A stretch of 64,000 nucleotides of DNA from an uncultured Neglectibacter sp. (GTDB lineage: Bacteria; Bacillota; Clostridia; Oscillospirales; Acutalibacteraceae). Positions 26,429-34,447 of this stretch are shown piece after piece. A program made the translations under genes and the position numbers. The stretch lies in contig CAJFSY010000001.1 in NCBI GenBank assembly GCA_904419785.1, positions 263,078-327,077 on the forward strand, in the 5' to 3' direction. Each line of letters starts with the position of its first letter. Position 1 is the first letter of the stretch. The notes under the pieces were generated by a model. The model was not told the DNA's origin and did not search any database. It saw nothing but the letters and a program-made list of their open reading frames with translations.

Positions 26429-28084
26429 ATGGCATCAGCTAGCACAACCATTCTCACGACTGAGCAAGAGGCTAAACTTCGCCAGTCGATCGACGAATAT
26501 GTTGGTAAAATTCAAGCGAAAATTGACGCTTTGCGGGTGGACGGCACCGACAAAGTGATTGAAATCCAAAACAACTTGGATAGTTTGAAGCGCGACCGTA
26601 TTTACACGCAGGAAGAAAAGAACGCTCTTGCCGCAAAACAAAAAAAGGAATTGGAAAAAGCCAAATCTGTTGAGGCAAAAAATAAGAATGAAGTTTCCAA
26701 GCTAATTGCCGACGCTGAAACGTATCTCCAATCCCACTTTAAAAAGGATTATTATCAGCCCGTTGCGGCAAGTTGTAAAGCTGGAAAAGTTCTGGCACAA
26801 GAAAAATATAACGCTGCAGTTGCCCAGTTAAAAAAGGAACATGAGCAGACTTTATCCAAGCTCACAGACCCACACGAGATCAAGGATGAGAAGTATGTAC
26901 ATAAAAACCGCCTTTTTGACGCAAAAATGCAGCTTGCGAAAGACTTGCAAGAATTGAAAGACCGCCGCCACGCAGCTTTTGACCATAAATATCATTTGAT
27001 CGATATGCTGCGCATGTCCAAATTCACCGTGGCGGAAACCATGGCCCAAAAAGCGGAGAATTACCGGTATACCTTTAACCAGCGTGATTTCTTCTTGAAA
27101 AACGGCCTGTATTTGGCAATCATCGTAATTTTTATTATCCTGTGCCTTATTACCCCTATCATAAAAGGCGTGCCTTTGCTGACAGTTAATAACATCCTGA
27201 ACATTTTACAGCAGGCTTCTCCCAGAATGTTCCTGGCGTTAGGTGTGGCAGGATTGATCCTGTTAGCCGGCACAGACCTTTCGATCGGCCGTATGGTTGG
27301 TATGGGCATGACCGTTGCTACCATCGTTATGCACCAGGGAATCAATACCGGTTCTGTGTTCGGGTTGATTTTCGACTTCACCGGTATGCCTATCCCCCTT
27401 CGTGTGCTGTTCGCTCTGGTGATTTGCATCATCCTGTGCACGATCTTCACAACCATCGCTGGTTTCTTTACCGCAAAGTTCAAGATGCACCCCTTTATTT
27501 CTACAATGGCAAACATGCTGGTCATCTTTGGCTTGGTCACTTACTCCACAAAGGGTGTGTCCTTTGGCGCCATCGATCCTTCTATTCCCAGCATGATCAT
27601 TCCCAAAATCGGCAGCTTCCCCACCATCATCCTTTGGGCTGTGGCAGCGGTAGCCATCGTCTGGTTCATTTGGAACAAGACCACCTTTGGCAAAAACCTG
27701 TATGCTGTAGGCGGTAACGCTGAGGCCGCAGCTGTTTCCGGTATTTCTGTTTTCAAAGTAACTGTTGGCGCTTTCATTCTGGCCGGTATTTTGTATGGCT
27801 TCGGTTCTTGGTTGGAATGCATCCGCATGGTTGGTTCTGGTTCGGCGGCTTATGGCCAAGGCTGGGAAATGGACGCTATCGCCGCTTGCGTGGTTGGTGG
27901 TATCTCCTTCACCGGTGGTATCGGTAAGATTTCTGGCGTAGTGGTTGGCGTATTCATCTTCACCGCTCTCACCTACTCCCTTACCACTCTTGGTATTGAC
28001 ACCAACTTACAGTTCGTCTTCTCTGGCATCATTATTCTGGTAGCCGTTATGCTCGACTGCTTGAAGTATGTCCAGAAGAAATAA
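26429..28084 (+). CDS. mglC: MglC-like sugar ABC permease with an N-terminal extension of about 215 aa
   Basis: The C-terminal ~330 aa has MglC-type motifs (ALGVAGLILLAGTDLSIGRMVG). The N-terminal ~215 aa is Lys/Glu/Gln-rich and looks coiled-coil. Start ATG 26429 follows a GGGAGG SD. The frame is open throughout. Confidence 0.85.
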   Translation: MASASTTILTTEQEAKLRQSIDEYVGKIQAKIDALRVDGTDKVIEIQNNLDSLKRDRIYTQEEKNALAAKQKKELEKAKSVEAKNKNEVSKLIADAETYLQSHFKKDYYQPVAASCKAGKVLAQEKYNAAVAQLKKEHEQTLSKLTDPHEIKDEKYVHKNRLFDAKMQLAKDLQELKDRRHAAFDHKYHLIDMLRMSKFTVAETMAQKAENYRYTFNQRDFFLKNGLYLAIIVIFIILCLITPIIKGVPLLTVNNILNILQQASPRMFLALGVAGLILLAGTDLSIGRMVGMGMTVATIVMHQGINTGSVFGLIFDFTGMPIPLRVLFALVICIILCTIFTTIAGFFTAKFKMHPFISTMANMLVIFGLVTYSTKGVSFGAIDPSIPSMIIPKIGSFPTIILWAVAAVAIVWFIWNKTTFGKNLYAVGGNAEAAAVSGISVFKVTVGAFILAGILYGFGSWLECIRMVGSGSAAYGQGWEMDAIAACVVGGISFTGGIGKISGVVVGVFIFTALTYSLTTLGIDTNLQFVFSGIIILVAVMLDCLKYVQKK

Positions 28085-28121
28085 TTAATTTGAATACAAG
28101 CTCCTCCTAATTCCATAAAAC

Positions 28122-28163
28122 GCTCCCCATAGCGCCTTGTAAGAACCAAGCGCTACGGGGAGC
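28122..28163 (+). terminator. Candidate terminator after mglC
   Basis: Stem gctccccatagcgc / gcgctacggggagc with one mismatch and a weak T-tract (cttcttta). Confidence 0.4.
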
Positions 28164-28462
28164 CTTCTTTATATTTACAGTATTTTAGAGGGAATCCAGA
28201 AATTAAGGAAAGATGGGATGCATCTTACATTTTTTAGAAAGTTATTATGTTATCTTTCCAGGACTATCCACACTGTGGTATACTATATAAACATATAGGA
28301 GAACAATGTCCTCCTCCCCTATTAAATACCACATGCTTATAAGTTATCTTTTTTATTTCAAAAAAATTTTTTTATTTTTTTGAAAGTTGTGAATGGATTT
28401 GCCTCCCTCAATCGTATTGTAGGTGAAATCGCTCAGAAAGAGCAACACTGGAGGTATTCATC

Positions 28463-28897
28463 ATGAAAAAAATCGTAACTATCATCATGGCAGCAGCATT
28501 GATCCTTTCCGTAGGCACTACAAGCGCTTTTGCCGCTGGCCGAAACTATGTTGACGCAAACGGCGACGGCGTATGTGATAACTATGGCACTCGCGGAAAC
28601 GGCAATGGCAACGGACTTGGCCTGGGCTTTGTAGACGAAGACGGTGACGGTGTATGTGATAACTTCGGCACTGGTGGAAAGGGCAATGGCAACGGACTTG
28701 GCCTGGGCTTTGTAGACGAAGACGGTGACGGCATTTGTGACAACTGCGGTTCCACTGGCAACTGCAAAGGCCAAGGCTTTGTTGACGAAGACAGCGACGG
28801 TGTTTGCGACAATCGGGGCAGCGGCAGAGGCAATGGTAATGGCAATGGAGCCGGCAGAGGCAATGGCTATGGCCGTCAAATGGGCCGTAACAGATAA
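28463..28897 (+). CDS. Secreted repeat protein with four DxDGDGxCDN acidic loops and Gly-Asn runs
   Basis: Signal peptide MKKIVTIIMAAALILSVGTTSAFA. Loops: YVDANGDGVCDN, FVDEDGDGVCDN, FVDEDGDGICDN and FVDEDSDGVCDN. Spacers are GNGNGLGLG. GGAGG SD upstream. Confidence 0.7.
   Translation: MKKIVTIIMAAALILSVGTTSAFAAGRNYVDANGDGVCDNYGTRGNGNGNGLGLGFVDEDGDGVCDNFGTGGKGNGNGLGLGFVDEDGDGICDNCGSTGNCKGQGFVDEDSDGVCDNRGSGRGNGNGNGAGRGNGYGRQMGRNR
28601..28731 (+). repeat. Perfect 50-bp direct repeat with 81-bp period inside the secreted repeat-protein gene
   Basis: 28601..28650 and 28682..28731 are identical (ggcaatggcaacggacttggcctgggctttgtagacgaagacggtgacgg). Confidence 0.9.
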
Positions 28898-28927
28898 GTA
28901 ATTTTCTTTTAAAGTTAGGATGTTTTC

Positions 28928-29413
28928 ATGCGGAGCGAAGAAGAGGTAAACAGAGCTATAGAACGGTATTCAGACACTGTTAAAAGACTCTGCTTTGTTC
29001 ATTTGAAAAACGACGCGGATACTGAGGACATATTTCAAAATGTGTTTTTGAAGTATGTCCTTAGTCCCGTTGTATTCGAAAATTCTGAACACGAAAAAGC
29101 CTGGTTTATTCGCGTTACAATCAACGCCTGCAAAGATCTTTTAAAGAGTTTTTTCAGAAGCCGAGCTGTTTCTTTAGATGAAGTTGTAGAACAAGCAGGA
29201 CCCGCCAACGATGAACGCAGTGAAGTGATGCATGCCGTACTGAAACTTCCCGAAAAATATCGGAGAGTGATCTATCTACATTATTTCGAAGGGTATACCG
29301 CACCTCAAATTGGCGACATTTTGGGCAAAAATGTCAACACAGTATACACACTTATGACTCGTGCCAGACAGCTTTTGAAAACAGAATTGGGTGGTGAGGA
29401 TAATGGACTCTAA
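28928..29413 (+). CDS. ECF-type RNA polymerase sigma-70 family factor
   Basis: 161 aa. Region 2 (EDIFQNVFLKY...KAWFIRVTINACKD) and region 4 (YRRVIYLHYFEGYTAPQIGDILGKNVNTVYTLMTRARQLLK). Confidence 0.85.
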   Translation: MRSEEEVNRAIERYSDTVKRLCFVHLKNDADTEDIFQNVFLKYVLSPVVFENSEHEKAWFIRVTINACKDLLKSFFRSRAVSLDEVVEQAGPANDERSEVMHAVLKLPEKYRRVIYLHYFEGYTAPQIGDILGKNVNTVYTLMTRARQLLKTELGGEDNGL

Positions 29414-30401
29414 AATAAAAGAAGCTTTTGGGCAAATTTATGCCGACGACCAGTTGAAAGAGCGCACAAAACTTTATATAGCTCAAGAAATGGAAAAACG
29501 GCAGAAACACCACCTTACCTTTCAATGGAAAATGGCCTATGCTATAGCCATATGTTTTGTGGTCTGCTTTGCTTTTGTGGGTGGGTATCATTTATACTTT
29601 ACCCCTACGTCCATCATCAGCATCGATGTCAATCCGTCAATCGAATTGAGTATTAACCGTTTTAATAAAGTGATAAAAGTACAGGGCTACAACGAGGATG
29701 GTGTTAATTTCGCGGAATCGCTGGATGTCCTTCATAAAAACTATCACCAAGCTGTAGATGAAATCTTGGAAAGCGACACGATCACAGACTGTCTCTCCCG
29801 AGACCAGCTGTTGTCTGTAGCAGTGGTGGAGATTGACGATATCCAAGGGGAAGCTATTTTGGAATATGTCTCTGAATGCACCGCGCATCAAGAAAACACA
29901 ATTTGTTATGGTATGAACTCTGACGAAGCCTCTTTGGCTCATTCTTTGGGGCTGTCCTATGGAAAATACAAAGTGTATGCGGAAATTCAAGAGTATGACA
30001 CAGAGCTTACCCCTGAGCAGGCCAATCAAATGACCATGCGGGAATTAAGAGACTTGCTCGATAAGCTGCAATCCGGCAATGACAGCGCATCTTCTTCCCC
30101 TAAAGAAACCGATAGCCAACGTGGCAGTGGTAATGGAAACGGAAGCGGTAACGGCTCCGGAAGTGGCAATGGGAACGGAAACGGGAACGGTTCCGGCAAT
30201 GGCAGCGGCAATGGGAACGGAAGCGGCAACGGTTCCGGCAATGCGGGAAATAACATGAACGCAGGCAACGGAATTGGGAATGGTGGAAACGGTACAGGAA
30301 GTGGCAATGGCATGGGCGCCGGTAATGGAAAAGGCTCCGGCTCTGGTAATGGCAGAGGTAAAGGCGCTGGCAACGGTATGGGCAACGGAAGTTGCGGATA
30401 G
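29403..30401 (+). CDS. Single-pass anti-sigma-factor-like protein with a Gly-Asn-rich C-terminal tail
   Basis: Overlaps the sigma gene by 11 nt. It has a short cytoplasmic N-terminus, one TM helix (MAYAIAICFVVCFAFVGGYHLYF) and an ectodomain beginning SIDVNPSIELSINRFNKVIKVQGYNEDG, a sequence I recall from anti-sigma ectodomains. It ends in a 92-aa G/N/S tail. Confidence 0.7.
   Translation: MDSKIKEAFGQIYADDQLKERTKLYIAQEMEKRQKHHLTFQWKMAYAIAICFVVCFAFVGGYHLYFTPTSIISIDVNPSIELSINRFNKVIKVQGYNEDGVNFAESLDVLHKNYHQAVDEILESDTITDCLSRDQLLSVAVVEIDDIQGEAILEYVSECTAHQENTICYGMNSDEASLAHSLGLSYGKYKVYAEIQEYDTELTPEQANQMTMRELRDLLDKLQSGNDSASSSPKETDSQRGSGNGNGSGNGSGSGNGNGNGNGSGNGSGNGNGSGNGSGNAGNNMNAGNGIGNGGNGTGSGNGMGAGNGKGSGSGNGRGKGAGNGMGNGSCG
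30123..30398 (+). repeat. Low-complexity coding tract (92 codons, mostly Gly/Asn/Ser)
   Basis: Translation: GSGNGNGSGNGSGSGNGNGNGNGSGNG...GRGKGAGNGMGNGSCG. Codon choice varies between units (ggt/ggc/gga/ggg, aat/aac). Confidence 0.9.
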
Positions 30402-30600
30402 CATAGCAAGCAGCTTGTTATGTCCATTTCTTTCCCCGCCGCATTACAGTGTGCTCAGCAGAAGCTTGTACAGGATGTTAAAGAACAAGGCTGCTCTTCT
30501 ATTGAACTGCTTTATGCAGCGCTGGTTGATTGGTACCAAAAAGTAGGATTTCAAGTAAATCAGCGCCAATGGATGGGAGAAAAAATTCTTTAAAAATGTA

Positions 30601-30635
30601 AATCAGCGCCTCAGGAAATTCCTGGGGCGCTGATT
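30601..30635. terminator. Bidirectional rho-independent terminator
   Basis: 15-bp stem aatcagcgcctcagg / cctggggcgctgatt (one G-U pair) with a 5-nt loop and T-rich flanks on both strands. Confidence 0.7.
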
Positions 30636-30638
30636 TGT

Positions 30639-30827
30639 TTACCGGCGAAGCATCAGATTTTCTGCCATATGACGCAAATCATCTTCATTGTAAATTTCAT
30701 CTTTATGCTCTTCTATTGCCGCACGTACTTCCTCCGGCAAATTGGGTTCAGGGTCTCTGCCAAAAAGACCGATGCCCAAACCTGAAGCACCATTATACGG
30801 AGTATTACCCCAAAAATACGGAAACAT
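30639..30827 (-). CDS. Small hypothetical protein (62 aa)
   Basis: GGGGGTGA SD, a 5-nt spacer, then ATG 30827. Translation: MFPYFWGNTPYNGASGLGIGLFGRDPEPNLPEEVRAAIEEHKDEIYNEDDLRHMAENLMLRR. A strong terminator follows directly. Confidence 0.5.
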   Translation of the reverse strand: MFPYFWGNTPYNGASGLGIGLFGRDPEPNLPEEVRAAIEEHKDEIYNEDDLRHMAENLMLRR

Positions 30828-30929
30828 AAAAATCACCCCCGGTTTTAGCTTGCGCTGTCCGAGGGCGATTACTCATGGCCGGTCCTTTCAATTCTTGGCA
30901 GCTGCCTTCCAGAATTTGAAACCGGTCAA

Positions 30930-32141
30930 TTAATTTGTTTCAAAAAACTTTTCGTGAATGGCTTCCACCGCGCGGTCACCATCTGCTTTGTTCAGCAACA
31001 CAGAAATCTTGATCTCGCTGGTAGAGATCATCTGGATGTTCACGCTGCGGGAGAACAATGCCTCAAACATTTCCGCGGCTACGCCGGGATGAGACTCCAT
31101 ACCTGCGCCTACGATGGACACCTTTGTCACATTGTCGTCGGACACAATATTGGATGCACCCCATCTCTCCTCATTCTCATGCAAAAGCTGGATCGTTTCA
31201 TCCATCTTATCCTTTTCCACGGTAAAGCTGATATCTTTTGTGCCGTTACGGCCAATAGACTGAAGAATGATATCCACATTGATGCCTTTAGAGGCCAACC
31301 GGGAGAAGATCTTAAAGGCAAGGCCCGGTTTATCCGGTACCCCGATGATGGAGATTCGGGCAATATTATCGTCTTTCGCCACCCCGCTGATGAGCATTTT
31401 TTCCACGTTGCTTTCCTCCTTCACGATGGTACCCTTCCGCCGGGTCAGGCTGGAAAGGACTTCCAATTCGATGTTATATTTCTTTGCCATTTCCACAGAA
31501 CGGTTATGAAGCACCTGGGCCCCCAAAGTGGCCAGCTCAAGCATCTCATCGTAAGAGATAGAGCTAAGCTTAATAGCTCCGGGAATCTTCCGGGGATCAG
31601 CGGTATACACACCGTCCACATCTGTGAAAATCTGGCACAGATCCGCATGCATGGTAGCGGCGATGGCCACTGCGCTGGTATCCGATCCGCCACGGCCCAA
31701 TGTAGTCATATCGCCATACTTGTTGACGCCTTGGAATCCTGTTACTACCACTATGCGGCGCTTATCCAATTCTTTTTTAATCCGGGAAACATCCACCTTT
31801 TTGATGCGGGCGTTTCCATAATCGGAGGTCGTGTCAAACCCGGCCTGCCATCCCAGCAAGGATACCACAGGATATCCCATGCGTTCAATCGCCATCGCCA
31901 GCAAAGACGCGGAGATCTGCTCACCCGCGGAAAGGAGCATATCCATTTCCCGCTTGGAGGGATGTTCGTTGATCTCCTCCGCCTTGGCAATGAAATCATC
32001 TGTAGTGTCGCCCTGAGCGGAGACGACCACCACCACATCGTTTCCCTCTTTATAAGTAGAAGTCACGATATCCGCCACATTGTTGATACGTTCGGCGTCC
32101 TTCACGGAACTGCCGCCAAACTTCTGTACGATCAGTGCCAT
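30930..32141 (-). CDS. lysC: Aspartate kinase
   Basis: MALIVQKFGGSSV N-terminus, amino-acid-kinase fold motifs (GRGGSDTSAVAIA) and two C-terminal ACT-like repeats. Confidence 0.9.
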   Translation of the reverse strand: MALIVQKFGGSSVKDAERINNVADIVTSTYKEGNDVVVVVSAQGDTTDDFIAKAEEINEHPSKREMDMLLSAGEQISASLLAMAIERMGYPVVSLLGWQAGFDTTSDYGNARIKKVDVSRIKKELDKRRIVVVTGFQGVNKYGDMTTLGRGGSDTSAVAIAATMHADLCQIFTDVDGVYTADPRKIPGAIKLSSISYDEMLELATLGAQVLHNRSVEMAKKYNIELEVLSSLTRRKGTIVKEESNVEKMLISGVAKDDNIARISIIGVPDKPGLAFKIFSRLASKGINVDIILQSIGRNGTKDISFTVEKDKMDETIQLLHENEERWGASNIVSDDNVTKVSIVGAGMESHPGVAAEMFEALFSRSVNIQMISTSEIKISVLLNKADGDRAVEAIHEKFFETN

Positions 32142-32248
32142 ACACATTCTTCCCTTCATCCACCTGAACAGGCAGGTCATCTCTAACCAAAATTACCAAG
32201 ACATCCTCTTGCTATACTATGCGTCCGCACAGTGAAAAGAAACCTTTC

Positions 32249-33145
32249 TCATTCGATAACGATTTGAGCGCCCTGGGGAGCAGCGCTTAATATCTCTACC
32301 CGCCAGCCTGTAATGCCCTTATCCTCCAAATGAGTGACACAGTTCCGGCCAAAAGCCTCCGCGTTATCCGCATCGATCATAGCGATAATGGTAGGACCCG
32401 CGCCGCTGACATATGTCCCCAAGGAACCAAGTTCATAGCTCATGCGGAACACATCGTCATAATGGCCGATCAGCCCGGAACGGTAAGGCTGATGTATCTT
32501 ATCCTGTACCGCTACCCGAAGATTTTCCAATTTTCCCGAAAACAGCGAAGCCGTCATCAAGCCGGAACGGGAAAGATTATAAACAGCGTCCTCCCGGGAA
32601 TACGTTTTCGGCAAAGCAGCCCGGGCTTCTTCGGTTTTCAATTCAAAAGGCGGAATCATCAACGCAAAGCGTATCTTCTCAGACACAGGTACGCTGACAC
32701 TGTATACCCTCTCCCCTTCCATAGCGGAAGCCACCAGGCCGCCGGAAAGAGCGGGGCTGGTATTATCCGGGTGGCCTTCAATCTTCGCCGCCAGATTGAT
32801 AAGGTCTGTTTGGGACAAGGGGTTGCCCATAAACCGGTTCGCCCCAAGGATACCCGCTACGATACAGGCGGAACTGCTTCCCAGTCCCCGGGCCATGGGG
32901 ATATTGTTTTCCTGGATGATCTTTAAGCCAGGCAGTTTTTTGCCGCATATCTCATAAAGATGGCTGGCCGCCCAGAAAATCAAGTTACTGGTATCCGTGG
33001 GCACTTTCACCCCATCGGTACAGCGAATATCCAGCACATCGGATTCTTCCATCCACACACGGTTCTGCATGGTAAGGGCAATGCCTAAGGAATCAAACCC
33101 GGAACCCAAATTAGCACTGGTAGCGGGCACGTCGATTCGTATCAT
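32249..33145 (-). CDS. thrB: Homoserine kinase
   Basis: VPATSANLGSGFDSLG and PMARGLGSSSA (GHMP kinase motif). Confidence 0.9.
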   Translation of the reverse strand: MIRIDVPATSANLGSGFDSLGIALTMQNRVWMEESDVLDIRCTDGVKVPTDTSNLIFWAASHLYEICGKKLPGLKIIQENNIPMARGLGSSSACIVAGILGANRFMGNPLSQTDLINLAAKIEGHPDNTSPALSGGLVASAMEGERVYSVSVPVSEKIRFALMIPPFELKTEEARAALPKTYSREDAVYNLSRSGLMTASLFSGKLENLRVAVQDKIHQPYRSGLIGHYDDVFRMSYELGSLGTYVSGAGPTIIAMIDADNAEAFGRNCVTHLEDKGITGWRVEILSAAPQGAQIVIE

Positions 33146-33162
33146 TTCTTACCTCTCCCCTC

Positions 33163-34413
33163 TCAAAAATCCGCGATGGTGATTCTATTTTCCAATTTTA
33201 ATCCCCGTTCCTCTAACGCGGGGATTTTCCCCCGAAGTTCCTTTTCGGAAATCTGGGATAAAGTAAAACCGGCTTCCCCGGTTTCCTCATCCCGGCGGAT
33301 AAGCCGCACCGCGTTGGGGAATACCTGCTGGACTAGGTCAAACAAAGTATCGCTTTCGCCGCTGCCACTGACTCGCACAAACACATCCTGGGGCGTATCT
33401 TCCCAAGGCTGCACATAGTCGGGTTTCGCGTCTTCCCAATAAAGTATTTTCCGGTCAGACTTCAAGTGACGCACGCAATCGATTACATCAGCTACCACAG
33501 CGCTGGCAGTGGGAAGCTTTCCCGCGCCCTTGCCGTAAAACACCACATCGCCGGTAGCGTCTCCACGGACTAAGATGCCGTTGAACACGTCATCCACATT
33601 GGCCAGCTGGCTTTCCCGAGAAATGAACATGGGCGCTACCTGGATATGGACGCGGCCATTTTCCAGCTTTTTCACTTCGCCGATCAGTTTGATCACACTA
33701 CCCCACGCGCCTGCGTAACCTACATCCTCTTTGGTAATGGCGGTGATCCCCTCGGTATGGACACTGTCAGGATATACATGAGAACCAAAGGCCAAAGAAG
33801 CCAAGATGCAGATCTTGCGGCAAGCGTCAATACCTTCCACGTCCGCGGAAGGGTCACGCTCCGCATAGCCCAGCTTTTGAGCCAACGCCAACGCATCATC
33901 GAAGGCCATGTGTTCCCGGATCATTTTTGTCAAAATGAAATTCGTTGTACCATTTAAAATGCCCGCGATCTCTGTCATTTCGTTGGCGGCCAAACATTGG
34001 CTGATAGGACGGATAATGGGGATTCCACCTCCCACGCTGGCCTCAAATAAGAAATTCAAATTGTTCTTTTGAGCTAAAGCTAGAAGCTCTGCGCCCTTTT
34101 GAGCTACCAGTTCCTTATTGGAAGTAACGACGCTTTTTCCATTTTCCAGGCAAGCCTTCACATAGGAAAAAGCAGGCTCCAAGCCGCCCATGACCTCCAC
34201 GACGATCTTGATTTCCGGATCATTTAAAATTTCCTGGAAGTCCTTTGTGAAACAGTCGCTATAAGGCAGGCCGGGAAATTCCCGCAAATCTAAAATACGT
34301 TTGACGTGGATATCTTCCTTTGCCCGCTTTGAAATGCTGTTCGCGTGAGAGATGAGCACTTCCAGCACGCCGGACCCTACCACGCCGTGACCCAGCACCG
34401 CAATCTCCGCCAT
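33163..34413 (-). CDS. hom: Homoserine dehydrogenase
   Basis: IAVLGHGVVGSGV Rossmann motif, a catalytic domain and a C-terminal ACT-like domain. Start is at MAEIAV (34413) or three codons upstream (34422). Confidence 0.9.
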   Translation of the reverse strand: MAEIAVLGHGVVGSGVLEVLISHANSISKRAKEDIHVKRILDLREFPGLPYSDCFTKDFQEILNDPEIKIVVEVMGGLEPAFSYVKACLENGKSVVTSNKELVAQKGAELLALAQKNNLNFLFEASVGGGIPIIRPISQCLAANEMTEIAGILNGTTNFILTKMIREHMAFDDALALAQKLGYAERDPSADVEGIDACRKICILASLAFGSHVYPDSVHTEGITAITKEDVGYAGAWGSVIKLIGEVKKLENGRVHIQVAPMFISRESQLANVDDVFNGILVRGDATGDVVFYGKGAGKLPTASAVVADVIDCVRHLKSDRKILYWEDAKPDYVQPWEDTPQDVFVRVSGSGESDTLFDLVQQVFPNAVRLIRRDEETGEAGFTLSQISEKELRGKIPALEERGLKLENRITIADF

Positions 34414-34447
34414 AGTTACCATTCCTTTCTATTCACAATGCCACAGC

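Noticed and set aside
28306-28385. 25-codon micro-ORF (MSSSPIKYHMLISYLFYFKKIFLFF) and an A/T-only palindrome tttcaaaaaaa / tttttttgaaa in the leader of the ECF module
   Set aside because: The region is extremely AT-rich, so short ORFs and A/T palindromes are expected by chance. There is no independent support. I noted it only as part of a roughly 180-nt leader that may be regulatory.
28433-28879. Minus-strand ORFs across the Gly-Asn regions: 28433..28879, 28582..28863, 30026..30427 and 30045..30404
   Set aside because: These are mirror frames of GGN/AAY-rich coding repeats, giving Pro/Leu- or Ala/Val/Thr-rich runs. The plus-strand genes have a signal peptide or TM helix, SD sequences and sigma/anti-sigma coupling.
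30123-30398. Repetitive tracts (GN tail, 81-bp units at 28.6 kb, cadherin-like repeats at 49.9-50.6 kb) considered as CRISPR-like arrays
   Set aside because: All are in-frame coding repeats without unique spacers of constant length. No cas genes are present.
30558-30610. 13-nt direct repeat gtaaatcagcgcc (near 30558 and near 30597), considered as a possible insertion scar
   Set aside because: It is short. One copy is part of the terminator stem, and there is no associated mobile gene. It is likely coincidental or a local duplication of no clear consequence.
30954-32186. 410-aa ORF antisense to lysC
   Set aside because: This is a shadow ORF coextensive with the well-supported aspartate kinase gene. 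Its translation has no recognisable motifs.
32142-32248. Searched for a lysine riboswitch before lysC, and for T-box or other leaders before hisZ (63080..63117), the ACT-hom operon (34886..34924) and cimA (4382..4536)
   Set aside because: The lysC, his and hom leaders are too short for these elements. The cimA-unit leader (about 150 nt) has an imperfect hairpin (agctgtgtttcccc...gggaacagct) but no motif I can match to a known riboswitch or T-box. This remains unresolved without a covariance-model scan.
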